DNA from: Chrysomallon squamiferum
Taxonomy: Eukaryota > Animalia > Mollusca
DNA length: 64,000 nt
Direction of reading: 5' to 3'
Assembly (NCBI GenBank): GCA_012295275.1
Contig: CM022665.1
Location: 31,930,001 to 31,994,000, forward strand
Under the pieces are notes generated by a model. The model was not told the origin of the DNA and searched no databases. It worked only from the letters and a program-made list of their open reading frames with translations. The position numbers were made by a program, and so were the translations under genes. Positions 1 through 13,990 of the stretch are shown here, piece after piece; the stretch's first letter is position 1, and every line of letters starts with the position of its first letter.

Positions 1-842
1 TAGGTTAACAGTAATCCCTAGATGTATACATCTTGTCTGAGGTGATCAGTCCATTGTGATATAAAAGCAAACAGTTTACAACAGCCATCAAGGAGTGGAA
101 ATTATCCTGTCACCTTCAATGAAATGTAATGTTTAAATACTCATAGGAGACCTTCCAGAAAGTTTTAAAACTGGTGGGTATATATATATTTTTATTTTTT
201 ATTTGTTTGTTTTTTTGTCAGATATTTATCATTATCACAGAAATTATTAAGGTAAAGTCTCAGTTTAAATATTTTTTAATTTTTTAATTATTATCCAGTC
301 TGTTTCTGATAGCTAAATCCATTAATAAACTGTTCTCATTTCTTTTGTTATTCAGATAATGTACAAAATGCTTGACATTAAGCTGTGTACAAGACTTCTG
401 TCTGATTGTAAGTATATTAGTATTCACACTGGCATTACTTGTCAAATCCAAATATCCAATCTGACATCCTGGAAAATTAATTTATTTTTATTGTTAATAC
501 ATACTTAATAATTATCTGTACCATAAGAGAGTAAAACTGGTGCTTTTAAAGGCATATTATTATAAGCTATGTTCATTAGAAAAGTTCTAACAATTTAGGA
601 ACAGCAATTTTAATTATTTTGAAAAAAGAAGAACAGTTAAAAAATTGCTTTTACAATATTTAGTGCTATACAAATATTTCAAGTCTTTATTATAATGCTA
701 GAGGTCTTAAAAAAAAAAGTAGTTTCTGTTAATATGTGTGTCAGTCAGTATGATGTAGATCACTGAATACTATATGTCTTTATTGTTTTACAACTAGACA
801 CTGTCATATGTTGCAGATATAATCATACTACTGTAAGTATCT

Positions 843-1297
843 TCTGAAGTGCTATGAGTATATGTCAAAGTGCTATAGAACTGTAGCAAATACTATGTTG
901 ATCCCTACCAAAATGCTGTTGGACTCAATCAAAGGTGATGCAGGTTACTGCTGAAGTCCTTTAGGTCTTTATTAAAGTGCTGTTAGGTTTCTGTCAAAGT
1001 GCTATATAGATATCTATCAAAGTGCTATACAGAACTTAGTTGAGTGTTATACAGTCTTAGTCAAAATGATATATAGATCTGATCACAGTGCTATATAAGT
1101 CTTACTCAAAGTGTTATACACCTTCAAAGTACTATAAGTTTCTATAAGAATGTTATATGTTTATGTCAAAGTGCTACAGAACTATTAAAATTCTGTAGGA
1201 CACTATCAAAGTTTTACGGATCTCTGTCAAAGTGCTACAAATTTCTGCCAAACTGCCACAGACCTCATTAAGTGTGATACAGAACTCTGTCAAAGCT
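843..1297. repeat. Degenerate minisatellite, ~21-22 bp unit (core TGTCAAAGTGCTATA), about 20 copies
   Basis: AAAGTGCTA-like core recurs near 848, 868, 974, 997, 1019, 1109, 1168 and 1228, with decayed copies between. Confidence 0.8.
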
Positions 1298-1710
1298 TAA
1301 TACATAAAGAGAACCACTTAATTCATAGTTCTGCACTCTAGATTTTATATTCCACCTCAGTTATCTAATATTACACAATGATTACCATAACCAGTCACAC
1401 AACTGTATAAGGTTATGATAGGGAAAGTAATAACATTAAATATAACATTAATGTAAGATATATAGTAAAATGGACTTCATTTTGCTCTGTTTTAGAGTTA
1501 GATAATTCATCTCATACTTTCAAATTCTTATCTACATAAAAATGTCTTAGTTAATAATATAACAATTTTTACATTTATACTGAGTGTGGGTGTATGTGTG
1601 TTTCTGTACAGATAAACAGATGGATGGACAGAACTATAAATTAATATTGATTAAATAAATCGTAAAGTATATGGATGCTTCAAGCTTTCAAATATCTTTC
1701 ATGTATTATA

Positions 1711-1743
<33 letters not shown>

Positions 1744-2599
1744 ATATATATATATATATAAAATCTTATAAATTACATGAATTTTTTAAATTATTATTTT
1801 GTTAGTTATGTGGTCACATTTATCAAGTTAAAACACAATAGATATTCAGGGAATTCTTTTTTTGTACTGAAAATAATCATGAAAGTTTCTGCCACTCAAA
1901 AAGTGTTTTATCACTGTGTTTCAGTGAAGGGATGCAGTAGCATGGTTTGTTTTGAATGTCACTTTACACCATTGTAAGTGACAAAGTGTGTAGCAGTCAA
2001 GAGCTATACTTGTCCTTATATAATAAATTATGTGTCATTTATAAATAGTTAAGCTTGATCTATTCAAGGCTGTAATTATGGTATCAAGTGACATGTATTT
2101 TTTGTATGCAGAAATTGTAACAAGAAGTGAAAAAAAGAAGAAAAAAAGATATCTGATGTGGAATATTTTAAGTTTGAGATGAAGTTTGTTGAATTGATTA
2201 ATAACAAATTTTAATAATCAAATTAAGATAATACATTTTTATTACTAAATTAGCATTATATATTTTAGTAACAAAACCCCCCAAAATAACCTAATTTTAA
2301 TAATTAATTTAAATTATGATTAACATTATATATTTTAATAATAAAAATTAAAGTCTTATATAAGTACTTTGACATAAATGTTAATAACTAATTTAGATTT
2401 AAAAACAAAAATATTTTTTCTTTGAAACACAGTGAGAAATCATCACACACAATTACAATGTCATCACCAGAAAAGAAAATTATATTCACAGACAAAGGAG
2501 AAAAAAATTCATTAATACAAAATTATTTTGTTTAATAAACTGCCATGTCAGCTTAATGTTGGATGCCGCAAACAAAGTAAACTGAATTAATGATGGTTA

Positions 2600-3070
2600 A
2601 CTGGAATAAAATAATAAACGTCTATAAAACAAAATAGTAAATACTCTAAAATACATAAATGAAAACCTTCTACAACACAAAACAGTAAACTATCTACAAT
2701 ATAAAATGTTAAACATTCTACAATACTAAATGGGAACTGTCTACAGTACATGGAATTTATTCTACAGTACTAAATGGTAAAGCTTTACAGTATAAAATGT
2801 TAAAGCATCTACAATACTAAATTGGAAACTGTCTGTAGTATATTCTAGTATTCAGTCTACAATACAAAATGGTTAACCTTTTGCAATATATAACGGTAAA
2901 CCTTCTGCCATAATAAATAGGAAACTATATATAATACAATCATAGCAACTACAGTACTAAAACCATCCAGAGTATAATATGTAACTATTGTATAATACAA
3001 AAATATTGAACCATCTGCACTACAAACAGTAAACCATAGGCAATGTAAATTATTTAAACAATTATAATAA
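2600..3070. repeat. Degenerate minisatellite, ~24 bp unit (TCTACAATACAAAATGGTAAAC-like)
   Basis: TCTACA(A/G)T-like core near 2669, 2693, 2717, 2740, 2762, 2808 and 2857. Confidence 0.8.
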
Positions 3071-3096
3071 AACAAAAAAATTGAATAAAAGATTAC

Positions 3097-3290
3097 CTTG
3101 AGTTGATTGGATGTTGTTGTTGTTGTTGTTCTGCTGGTTTAGATGAGATCGAACCTTGTCGTTGGAGGTAGAGTTGGCCCCGTGGACGGTCCTGCTGCGT
3201 GAAGTGGTGTTTGCATTAGCAGCGTCCTTCGAGGTAGTGGTGTTGCTTACACTGGAGTGTTTGCTTGACTGTTTAAATGGTGATGGAAGT
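3097..3290 (-). CDS. NAV2: Neuron navigator exon E (194 nt, phase 2->1): (R)LPSPFKQSSKHSSVSNTTTSKDAANANTTSRSRTVHGANSTSNDKVRSHLNQQNNNNNNIQSTQ
   Basis: Acceptor atttttacag|ACTTCC and donor CTCAAG|gtaatc. GC- and CpG-rich island, open in the frame set by exon D, completing the NAV 'EMxSRLPxP' motif across the junction. Confidence 0.88.
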
Positions 3291-6200
3291 CTGTAAAAAT
3301 AATAATAATATGAACTGTCAGTGATTTCATATTTACCATCAGTTAATTTTTTATTTCATTTTTACAAATAAAATATTTTACATCCATTAACATTTTTGTT
3401 ATTATTAAACTGTAAAATAATAAATGTTTTTTTTATATATAAATGCTCATACACCAAAGATACTGGTGAATTTCCATCTGAACATGATAGATTCCATTTT
3501 TGTAAATTTAAACAGAATGGAATTTTCATAAACAGATTATTGTCACTGTTATTTTGGTTGTCATTGATCACAACCAGTATTTATAATTGATAATTTGTAG
3601 TCAGGTTATGGCATTTGACCTTTTTCCAGTGAAGACATTTAGAGTTTTATCTCAAATTTCAAGATGTTTTAAAACTGATTTAATAAAATTTTGATACCAG
3701 CTTATAATATGAACAACTTTACCAGTTAGTAATTTTCACATCCATTTCATTGTTTACTATTTCTCAACAAGTCAAAATATAATATCATACATCTCAACTA
3801 TTCTTAAAACAAAAGTAAAAATCCAAGCTATAGATGCACCATATACATAACATCATATTGTAAGTGCAATTCAGTAGTAAAATCTACACAGTTTTATGAA
3901 GAAAGTGACCAACTAGTCTAATATTCTATGATGACCAATTCCATTTCATGAAGATGGACATTCAATTCTTCAACACCTTCAACACATTAACATCATTTTC
4001 AACATTTAATAACCATCACTGACATCAGTTAATTGCTTTCCTCAAACCAGCACAGAAATGGTGATCAACACTGCATGTATATACATGAAGTAAAAAAAAG
4101 CACATCAGCTTCATATTACTGTTCATTACTCCAGCACTGGTGAATTTCACAAGATGATTTTTTATATCCAGCTGTAGAAGATGTACCAATATAATGGCAT
4201 GGAAAGGATAGTGGTGTACATTAAAATACATCAGTTGTAACTGATAGAACTAATAAGCTTGTACACTCCTCGGACAGAATCTGGTACATCATTTTCAGAC
4301 ATCTTTACCATTTTCCGTCCCACTGTGTGACACTAATGAAATCACCTCCCATGTTCATCTCATTATCTTCAGCTTATTATGAAGAAAAGATACACTTGTT
4401 GTGACAACTGTTGCTTTTTAACACACCAAGTGAAGCTTTTATAAGGTGTTTAGACATTTTAAATTATGTCCTATTAATTTTATGCTGTTCTGATTTTTAC
4501 TTGTGAATTCATTGCATGTTAAGTTTGTATTTGGTCATATAACATTCAACAACTGTCTTGGTATCAGCATTGGTAATGATGTAGCCTTATAAATGTATCT
4601 AGTTCCATATGCCTCTTGTTATACTTGATTATATGTAACCAGCCTGACTAGCACCAAGGTTAAGCTAATGGCCCCACAATGGGTTAGCTCTCGGGTTATA
4701 ACTTGGCTCCAGCTATTACTCAAAAACTATTACACCTTCTGTTTTCTGTAACTAACTGTCTAATATACAAACACTAACACTGTCTTGGAAGCATAATCTA
4801 TGTTGTTACCTCTTTCTAACAAACTAAGGTATTTGACTGACAGTGTGGTCTCATCCCCAGAGAAAAGGAAGGCCATAAGCAGTCTCTTTTCTCTAACCAA
4901 CCCTCCAACACAATAATACTAATACAGTAACACTAATACAGATCAGGATTCCTAAACAACTAATATAAGTATGACTAGTTGATTAACTGATTATTGACAA
5001 GTACATATATATGTATAATTATATCTGTTAAAAACCAATATATAGTTATGAAAATTAGTTCTGCAGAATTCTAAATAACCATACTGGATGAAACCTTCTA
5101 CATTCTGTATCTCGAACAGTCAGTTGCACACCAGTGTGTCTTAATTAGCAGAATGATTTTATTGATATTGACAATCCATAAAAAAGGATGCCACAAAGGT
5201 CAAATAGTTTTTCTTTTGTATAGTAACATTAATTAATAATAATCTTTGTTAACTATCTAATAAAATTTGTCTCCAGTGATCAATACACCAATACAAATAT
5301 GTACTGTGTAATACCTTTACCTAACAATCAACAGTATAATGATACACTGTTATATAAAAACTTTTGCAGGTTACTAATGATGCTATTTGCTTAATACAGT
5401 TATTTAATAAATAACATAAAACTGGCCGGTTTATCAAACGCTAATATGATGTACCAATACATAAACATCAGTTTCTTCTTTTTTTATTTCTTTTTTTTTA
5501 CTTTTTGTCCTGTTATTAAATAAATAAATTAATTAATTAAAAAGTATTTAAAGATGCCAAAGCATAAACTATTTGATCATTGAAGATGTTAAATTATGGA
5601 TAATGAAATATCAATGCATGGCTGATGAAGAGATTAATCATACATTCAGTGTGAATAATTTTCATACCCAAACCAAGTTTACGACTAAATACCACAAAAA
5701 TCTTTAGCCACCTTTCTGACCAAAACTCAACAAAAATCAATGTGATTATTAGCAATTCAAGACAAACTGTACAGCAGAGGTCAACTTTCAATGGTTTCAG
5801 ATAATGATAATCATTATAATGATGAGTGTGTTAAATGAATGATTTGTAATAAAGTATAAAGAATTATCTGAACATACAAAAATGACCAGAATAAATTCAA
5901 TGAAGCTGATTGCATCTAGTGGTCTATCATGATCCATTTTTGTGATTTCTGTCATATTTACATTTTTCTGACTAATATCGGCACATAGGTTACATTTTAC
6001 AAATCTTAATTTCTTGATAAATACAATAGTAAAATAGTTATAATGATTTGTAGTAAATATATCCATGGTCAAAAGAATTTGTGCCAAATTATAATTTTAT
6101 TATTGATAAAGAAAGTAAGATCATTTTACAAACTATTTTTGGTCTGAAGAAAGGGAAGCTTGTGAACACATCAAGGGAAGTAAACAGTTAAACTGATATT

Positions 6201-8027
6201 TGGTTCTTTTCTTTATTTAAAGAATTAAAAATATTGTTCACGTTGCAAGTTAATTAAAGCTTAATACAATGTTACCTTTGCCAAAGACTATATATCATTG
6301 CTGATGTTTGCCATATTGTATTTTTACTTGTATACATGCATGTATGTATATGTATGTATGTATATATGTGTTCATATTTATTTGTAGATTATATGTTTGA
6401 AATACTGTCCTATTACTAAACTGCCAAAACCATTATTTCTCCCTCTACAATATTAAGAATATTTCCAAGAATTACTTCACACAGAAACATCAGACTGGAA
6501 AGAGAGAGGGAGAAAGAGAAAATAAAAAGCAAACATTTGTGATGGCAGAATGGTCATGAATTTGATAAAACACCATGAATGAGTGAGTTGCTTTTCTGCT
6601 TGATGAGAAAACAAATTTCTGTGAAAATGTTTTTAAGTGGCCTTCAGTGTTAAAGTCCATTTTGCAAAGTTGCAGAACAAAAATAAAAAAAAGCACCCAA
6701 CAACATTGATTATGCATAGACATGGCCAACAAATACAAAGCTATTAAAACATTAAAACTAATGTGAATATGTTCTTTTCAACTTGGATTCATTTTTAAAC
6801 AAGAAAAGACAAGGGTGACTAATATTTGGAGATTTTTCTGACTGAATGAAGGAATTTCCTGTTAATCTGCAGATTATTGATGTTTGATTTAAGATTTAAC
6901 AGTTTACAGAGGGTTTCTTTTTTCCCTATAGAATATTTATTTTTTTGTTGAATTTTCATTTGTAGAAAGGTTTTAATACAATTTTATTTTTAGATTTTTT
7001 TGTTTTTGAAGTTTTGTTTATTTACAAGTTGTTAATGTCAATGTAAGATTTAACTTCATCAATTATTTGTTTATTTTTATTCTATGACAAAATAATATTT
7101 TATCCCAGTAAATCTAAGTATACATTTTTAATATAAGTAAAGACACAAACAATACATAAATTCAATCAGATTTAAAAACTGAAAAACAGTTGTATTCAAT
7201 TGTAACAAACATATAATATACAAATATATAACATAATATTTTCACTTTATATACCCCCAAACATGCATGCACTATTTTTATCTTTTCTTAATAAATAAAA
7301 AAATAAAAACATTAAAAAAATAATAATAATAAAAAAAGAGCAAGAAATGATAGTAGATGGATCGCTTTAACATTAAAAAGTAGATAACAATATCATGGAA
7401 AAATAAGTAACTTTCAAAACATATTTAAAATGTTTTATTTTTCATAATGAAATAAAACATCTTAGTTTGCCAGCAGTGAGTATTCACTTACCTTCCTCCT
7501 ACATGATATGCATGATATACTATGAAAGCATAGTAACATCAACATCATTAGAAAATACAACAACGACATCATCATCAAGAAACAATCACCAGTGTAACCA
7601 CAAATTCTGACCTCACATTTCCTATGGAGACTTTTTTCTTTCTTTCTTTTTAAAATCTGCAGTCACATCGTAACATAGCACTTTGACATTATAAAACTTC
7701 TCATCATAATGCAATACACACTGTACTCATTGTACATCCTGATGTTCCTTGCAGACATGAATGTGCTAAATTCACCCTAAATTAGCAACAGCTTTTTGAA
7801 TGTTGAAATTACATTACCTCCAAATATTTCATCTTCATTGCACAATGTGATATTAATTTACATTCACATAAGTAAAAATGAATCCAGATGCTATTTTAAT
7901 CATACTTCCAAGTCTCTGCCACACTGAGTCTGTCTTTCTGCATAATAATTATAAAATTCTGTCCTTTACGAAAAAACCATACACGTTAATTATATTTAAG
8001 CCACAGAACAAGATACATGTCTCAGAC

Positions 8028-9190
8028 AATCAGTGGCATGAACAAATATTTTAAAAAGAAATGCAAAGAAAACCTGCCATATCATACAAAATATATGTTT
8101 TTTTTAAAGTTTTTTGTAGCCTCTATTTGAATTTCAAAATATCCAATAATCAAAGGCACAAAAAAGTATTGACCAAAAAACCCCAAAACAATTAAAACAA
8201 TCTGCAGAAATTCTTCTTTATCATGCAAATGTACATATTTTGAAATGTTTGCATTCAGTTTCATATTACAGAATAATCTGTTGCAGGAACAAATATTTTT
8301 AAAAACCCAAAGAAACTTTAGTAAACCTTCATTATCATAACAAATTCATGTATATTGAAAAAGTTTTATGTACACTCATATCAAATTATCCAAGAATCAA
8401 TGAAAGAAATGAATATTTTAGAAAAACAACAAAATAAATTCCTTTATTATGTGAAATGTATGTACACTGGAATAGTTTTCATGTCATGTCAGAAAGTTCG
8501 AGAATCAATGGCAGGAACACAAATTTTGTTTTTAAAATGAACAGAAAATTTTCATTATCAAGCAAACTTCAGGAGAAGATTCATGCAGCTTCTTATCAGA
8601 ATACTCAAGAATAAATGGCAGAAACAAACATTTTTAAAAACCCAACAGAATAGCAGTAAATTTTCATTATCATGTCAAATTTATGTATATTGAAAAATGT
8701 TTTATTATTAAGTAAAAGGTATGTATACTGGAAAAGTTTTTACTTAGCCTGTTATTAAAATATCCAACAATTAATTGCAGGGACAAATTTTTTTTAAAAC
8801 CAAAACCAAATTTTTATTGTCATATAATATGTATGTATATATACTGAAAAAATCTAATGCATCCTCATATTAAAATATCCAACAATCAAATGCATGAAGA
8901 AATATGAAGAAACATATATATTTTTTTAAATCCAACAAGAGATCTTTATTATCTAGTAAAATGTACATATATTAGAAAGGTATGATGCATCCTCATATCA
9001 AGCTACCCAGTAATCAATTGCATGAAGAAATATATTTTTTAAAACCTGCAGGAAATCTCTATTATCTAGCAAAATGTACCTATACTGGAAATGTTCCAGT
9101 GAACCAAGTATCAAAATATCCAAGAATCATTGGCAGGAATAAACATTAAAAACTATGCAAAAATGTGTGTATATTGGAAAGGTTTCATGT
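8028..9190. repeat. Degenerate tandem repeat, ~110-130 bp unit, about 10 copies
   Basis: Marker AATCAATGGCAGGAACAAAT-like near 8029, 8148, 8275, 8393, 8502, 8611, 8770, 8884, 9012 and 9125, usually preceded by ATCAAAATATCCAAG-like sequence. Confidence 0.8.
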
Positions 9191-12100
9191 AAATTCATGT
9201 AGCAGTTACTATAACATACTGGATGAATCATCCAGCAAATTGTCTCTAAGACTGACATCATGCCTTGATCTACAGATCTTGTTTAGCACCAACCACATCC
9301 AGTGAGATTACAGACAAAGCTTCTTGCAATCTTGTTCATGGTTACCTATCATTCAAGTCAGTCAGCAAATGTTTTGATCTATTGTGATATGCCACACAGA
9401 CAATTAAGTCTGCAAAGAAGAACTGTTCTAGATTGTGGCACAATCAATAAAACCAGTGTTACTGATAGATCAGTTTTGAATAAAAATTCAGTGTGAAAAC
9501 CTTTGCTAGTTGTAAATGAACAATACTTAATTTTAATCATGAAAAGAAATAATGAGTTTTATAACATGTGCCAAGACTAATAAAAGTTATAGATTATATA
9601 TGACAAGTTTGGTTTTGAATAAAGAGTGGATTAAGAGTTCATTTTATATCTTAAAAAAAGACAAACATTGAATTAAAATATATTGAAATAGAATTCTATT
9701 CAGTTTTGAAACACATTTCCCATATATATTCCTGAGAGGCAAGAGTGCATAAATATATGTATGAGTAGAAACAACCTACACTCTAAACAAAAATCTATAC
9801 CAATTTCAAAATATATCTGTAATGTGTATGTGCCCAATGATTTAGAGAAAAAAAACATTTAATTTAAAAAAATAAAAGAAAATAAAACAAATATTTCAAA
9901 CATTAATTTTGCATTAAAAAAACAAAAATGTATCCATATGAACTTATGTATATACATAAATATCTATGTATTTTGTATCTCTTTATATTGCACAGAAGAT
10001 CAGGATCTATTGCTTTTGTGTTATAAGTTCAAACATTTTTGAAAACCCCATTAGGTTTTATCCCATTCTAAAATACAGCTATATAAAAGATGTTGGTTTA
10101 AGCTGTTTTGTCTGAAGGAAAATTCACATAATTCACATAAAAGTTTTTAATAATGGAACATTTCTCATAATGGAAAGGTTACATGTAAAGGTTTCTCATA
10201 TTGGAAAATATACACATAAAACTTTCTAATTCTATTTTCTAATGTATTTTTAATGAAATTCAGCCACATCTTATAGATTATATTATTCCATTTTTATTAC
10301 TTGATGGAAATGAAAACAAGCTTTGTGCAGTCAGCAAGAGCAACAAATGGATTGCACATGCCAATACCCAGTGGAAATCCTCTCTGTTTGATACAATTAT
10401 TCCTCATTATCACGTCCCGATCAAAATATCCACAATTTCAAATTGAATTTCTTTGATAAAAATCTAGCTTTACCAGTTTTCATGAGTCATATAAAAAATT
10501 TAATTATCTAGTATTGTTTTTGTTGTACAGTTTCAAATAATCATGTACAATAGCAATAACATTGTGGCTGTGATTGTTTGTTATGATAAAATCAGTATGT
10601 CATATAACATTCAAAATAAAGTAGGATTTTCAAATGGTATCTGTGATATGTATCATAGGTTTTTTGTTTTTTTAAATATTCCAGTTTATTAATTTAAAAG
10701 AAAAATACACAAAATATTTATAACTGTTCATATTTTCATTACTATTTATTTATTTTTATGATTTGTTTTCTATTATTTTACTTTTACTTTATTATTATTA
10801 TTATTATTATATTTTTTTTGGTTTGTTTTTTAATGTAGTGTTATTATTTATTTTAAGAATGTAATTGCAATTCTGAATTAATGAATTAAATTTTTTTTAT
10901 TATAAGGTGTTTTGTTTTATATTTTATTACTTTATTTTGCCAAAGAAATGAGCACATAGCCAGGCTTTTTGTAACTGAAAGAGAATTAGCTAGAATGGGA
11001 AAAAGCAGAATGCATACACTGGCAAGGATTGATCATACATCCCATAATACCAACTGCTGAAATAGTACAATAGTTCACCAACAAGAACTGTTCCTGAAAC
11101 TAATCAGTCTTCAAGCCAGAGCACAAAAAGCAAGATTTTCATATTCTCTTAACAATACTGAAAGTATATTTCTAATCATCTTTAAAAAAACAACTAAAAA
11201 AAAAACCTACTAAAAAAAACCAGACATTTAAATGATGTGCTACAATTCTTATAAAATGCAGAAATAGCATGCAAGAACAAAAAGATATAAATCAGAAATT
11301 CAATGCTATGAAAATAATTGTTTAAAACATGGACAGACACTAATAATAGAAAAAAATATTCACTGTCAAACTGTTTCTGTTGTTAGCCAACAATATTTTT
11401 GGCATTTATAATTAGTCTTTTAAAAATGGATTTCAGTTATTTTTTGTATTTGAAAATGAAAAAAAGAACATTAATCTTCTGTCTCTTCTGTTTTGTTTTC
11501 AAAAGATTGTTTTATTTAAAAAAAAAAAAAAAAAAAATTATTTTCCAAAATGTTTGTTGAAATTACACATTTTTCAAGGATTTTATTTACCAGTCAAAAG
11601 AAATAAAGTAAATTTATTATTTTTATTATTTTTTTATTTTTAAATTGTTATAAAAACTATTTTCAAGTATATTTCAAACATAAAATAAACCTAAGTAAAA
11701 ATTTAATTAAAGAATTATACATGCACATAAAAAGATTAATTATTTATTAATGAATCAGTTTCAGACAATATAAATTTTAAATAAAATTTTAAAAAGTATA
11801 TTCAAAGTCATTAAAACAGAAACATTTTTCTTTTTTAAAACATAGAATTAAATTATATTTTATTTTAAAAAAAAAAAAAGTAAATAAATTATAAAAAAAT
11901 AAACAGTGTCCCACCACCCTCTGTAGATGTTAAATATCAATATAAAAATCTTTATTTTTAAAAACAAATTTCTGCAGGTCAACAATTTCATTTCAAAAGC
12001 ATTAACAAATAATTAAGATATAAAAAATTATTAAAATTATATAAGTATACAAGTTAGGATAGTATTTATGCAAATATATCTTAAAAGAAAAGAAAAGAAA

Positions 12101-12643
12101 CAAATAAACAGCAACAACAAACAATGCAGAAAATATATACATAAGAATTTTTTTTTTTTTAATATGAAGGAAATCTTTTTTTAAGATGATGCAAAAAAAA
12201 ATAAAAAAAATAAAAAATTCAATTTTTATTTTAAAACATAAATAAACAAATAAATAACTGAAATATTAAAGTACACAATGTTAGTACATAATATATAAAG
12301 TATATTCAGCTATAACTCATACAAGAAATATCTAGCTCCCTAATCTATCCCACACCTTCACTGCAGGGTTTCTACATCAGATACTCTTTGTAGTACAGAA
12401 AGCAATGCAGTACCCACCATGTGGTCAATAGGTATTCTCATCAAACGGCCTGCTGCATTTAGATGAGTCCATAATAATGCGGTAATCAACTTAACACTGA
12501 AAAACATCTTTGCTAAATGCCCCACACCAAATACAATCATGAATGAATCATCCCATGTTGTTGCTATTCACAGACAGGCCACACTGACCTTCACCTTGTA
12601 AAAAGAAAAAAAACCCAACTTCCTGCATGCAAGGCCGATGTCG

Positions 12644-12657
12644 GTTTCCATGGCAAC
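12644..12657. promoter_or_regulatory. Consensus RFX X-box GTTTCCATGGCAAC
   Basis: A 14-bp near-palindrome fitting the established X-box consensus (GTYNCC-AT-RGNAAC), set in a locally GC/CpG-richer patch. Function not demonstrated. Confidence 0.5.
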
Positions 12658-13211
12658 AAATTTAAATAACATTTGTTAATTAGTGTAATTACATTTAATC
12701 ATAAAGTGTAATTTTATAATTTTTAATAAAATTTCCACTGTTGTTGGAATGCTAACGTGATGACTAGAATTAAAAAAAATGAACTCAGAGATGTTGAGTT
12801 GTTTCACAAAGAGAGGCAGATTTTATTGATTTTTCAACATTGTGACATAGAAAAACTGTTAAATAAAATACTAAAATGCTCATGAAATGACTTGGTGTCC
12901 CACAAGCTTGGTTATTTGTGTGAGGGTCTCCCACTGTTTTAATCTGCTTAACAGAACTCTCTTCGCTGTAATTATGGAATTTGCCAATTGTGCATAATGT
13001 CTGCAGAATCCACCAGACAAACAGAGCAAAGAGAATCTTTCCAAGCAATACATCATGAGTGACATATATGTATCTATATGATGTGTCACTGAATAACCAA
13101 ATCGATATCTAGGAAATTGGTTGTTTAATCAGTAGGTTTCTTATCACAGAGTGGCAAAAAGAGAGAGAAAGGGAATAAAAGAGAAAGAGAGATGGAGGGG
13201 GAGAAAGAGAC

Positions 13212-13215
<4 letters not shown>

Positions 13216-13260
<45 letters not shown>
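13216..13260. repeat. (GA)n microsatellite
   Basis: Uninterrupted GA run. Confidence 0.95.
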
Positions 13261-13263
<3 letters not shown>

Positions 13264-13454
13264 TTTTTAAGAAGTTTTAAAACTCTCAGACATGATTCTA
13301 TATATTTGTCAGATCAAAGGAAATAAATCTTTTTCATGTTTTCTTTTTCCAATATAAATGTGATCAAGATAATGAAATACATCTCCAGTTACTAATCTTT
13401 GTAGTGCTTGAATTAAATGCTGTCACTTTAAAGAGATTGTAGGGATAACCATAT

Positions 13455-13820
13455 GCATGGATGGATGGATGGATGAATAGATATAGGGAGGAATGGATGA
13501 ACAGATCAATGCAATGATGAAGTGGATGTATGTATGTATGTATGGATGTAGAGATGAATGGATGAATAAATAAATATACTGATGAAGGGAACAGTGAATG
13601 CATATATTTAACAGGATTGTGGATGGATGGATTGATAGATAACTAAATGGAAGAATAGATATATATATTTAATAAAGAAAATTTATGGATTACTGGAAGA
13701 ATGGATACAGAAAGATAAGAAGATGAGTTATTATACTAATATATTTTATATATATATATGGACTTAAACATGAATCTATGTATTTATGGACTAATGAATG
13801 GATGTATGTGTGGACAGATA
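13455..13820. repeat. Degenerate (GGAT)n/(TATG)n low-complexity tract
   Basis: Repeated ggatggat, gatgaat and tatg motifs. Confidence 0.75.
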
Positions 13821-13990
13821 AAAGTGTACAAACTGATGAGTCTATAAAAATTAATGTTTTTAGATCTCCTTTCCTCTGGAATTATCTTTTCAAACACTGG
13901 ACCCAAAAGATCAACATTATTAAACCAGATCAACCATTCCAAAACATTTGATCACTTTGCACAGAAACAAGAATTAACAGCATCCCTCAC

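Noticed and set aside
1-3096. Next NAV exon downstream of exon E
   Set aside because: No phase-1 exon with credible splice sites and coding composition is visible; the gene presumably continues beyond the window start.
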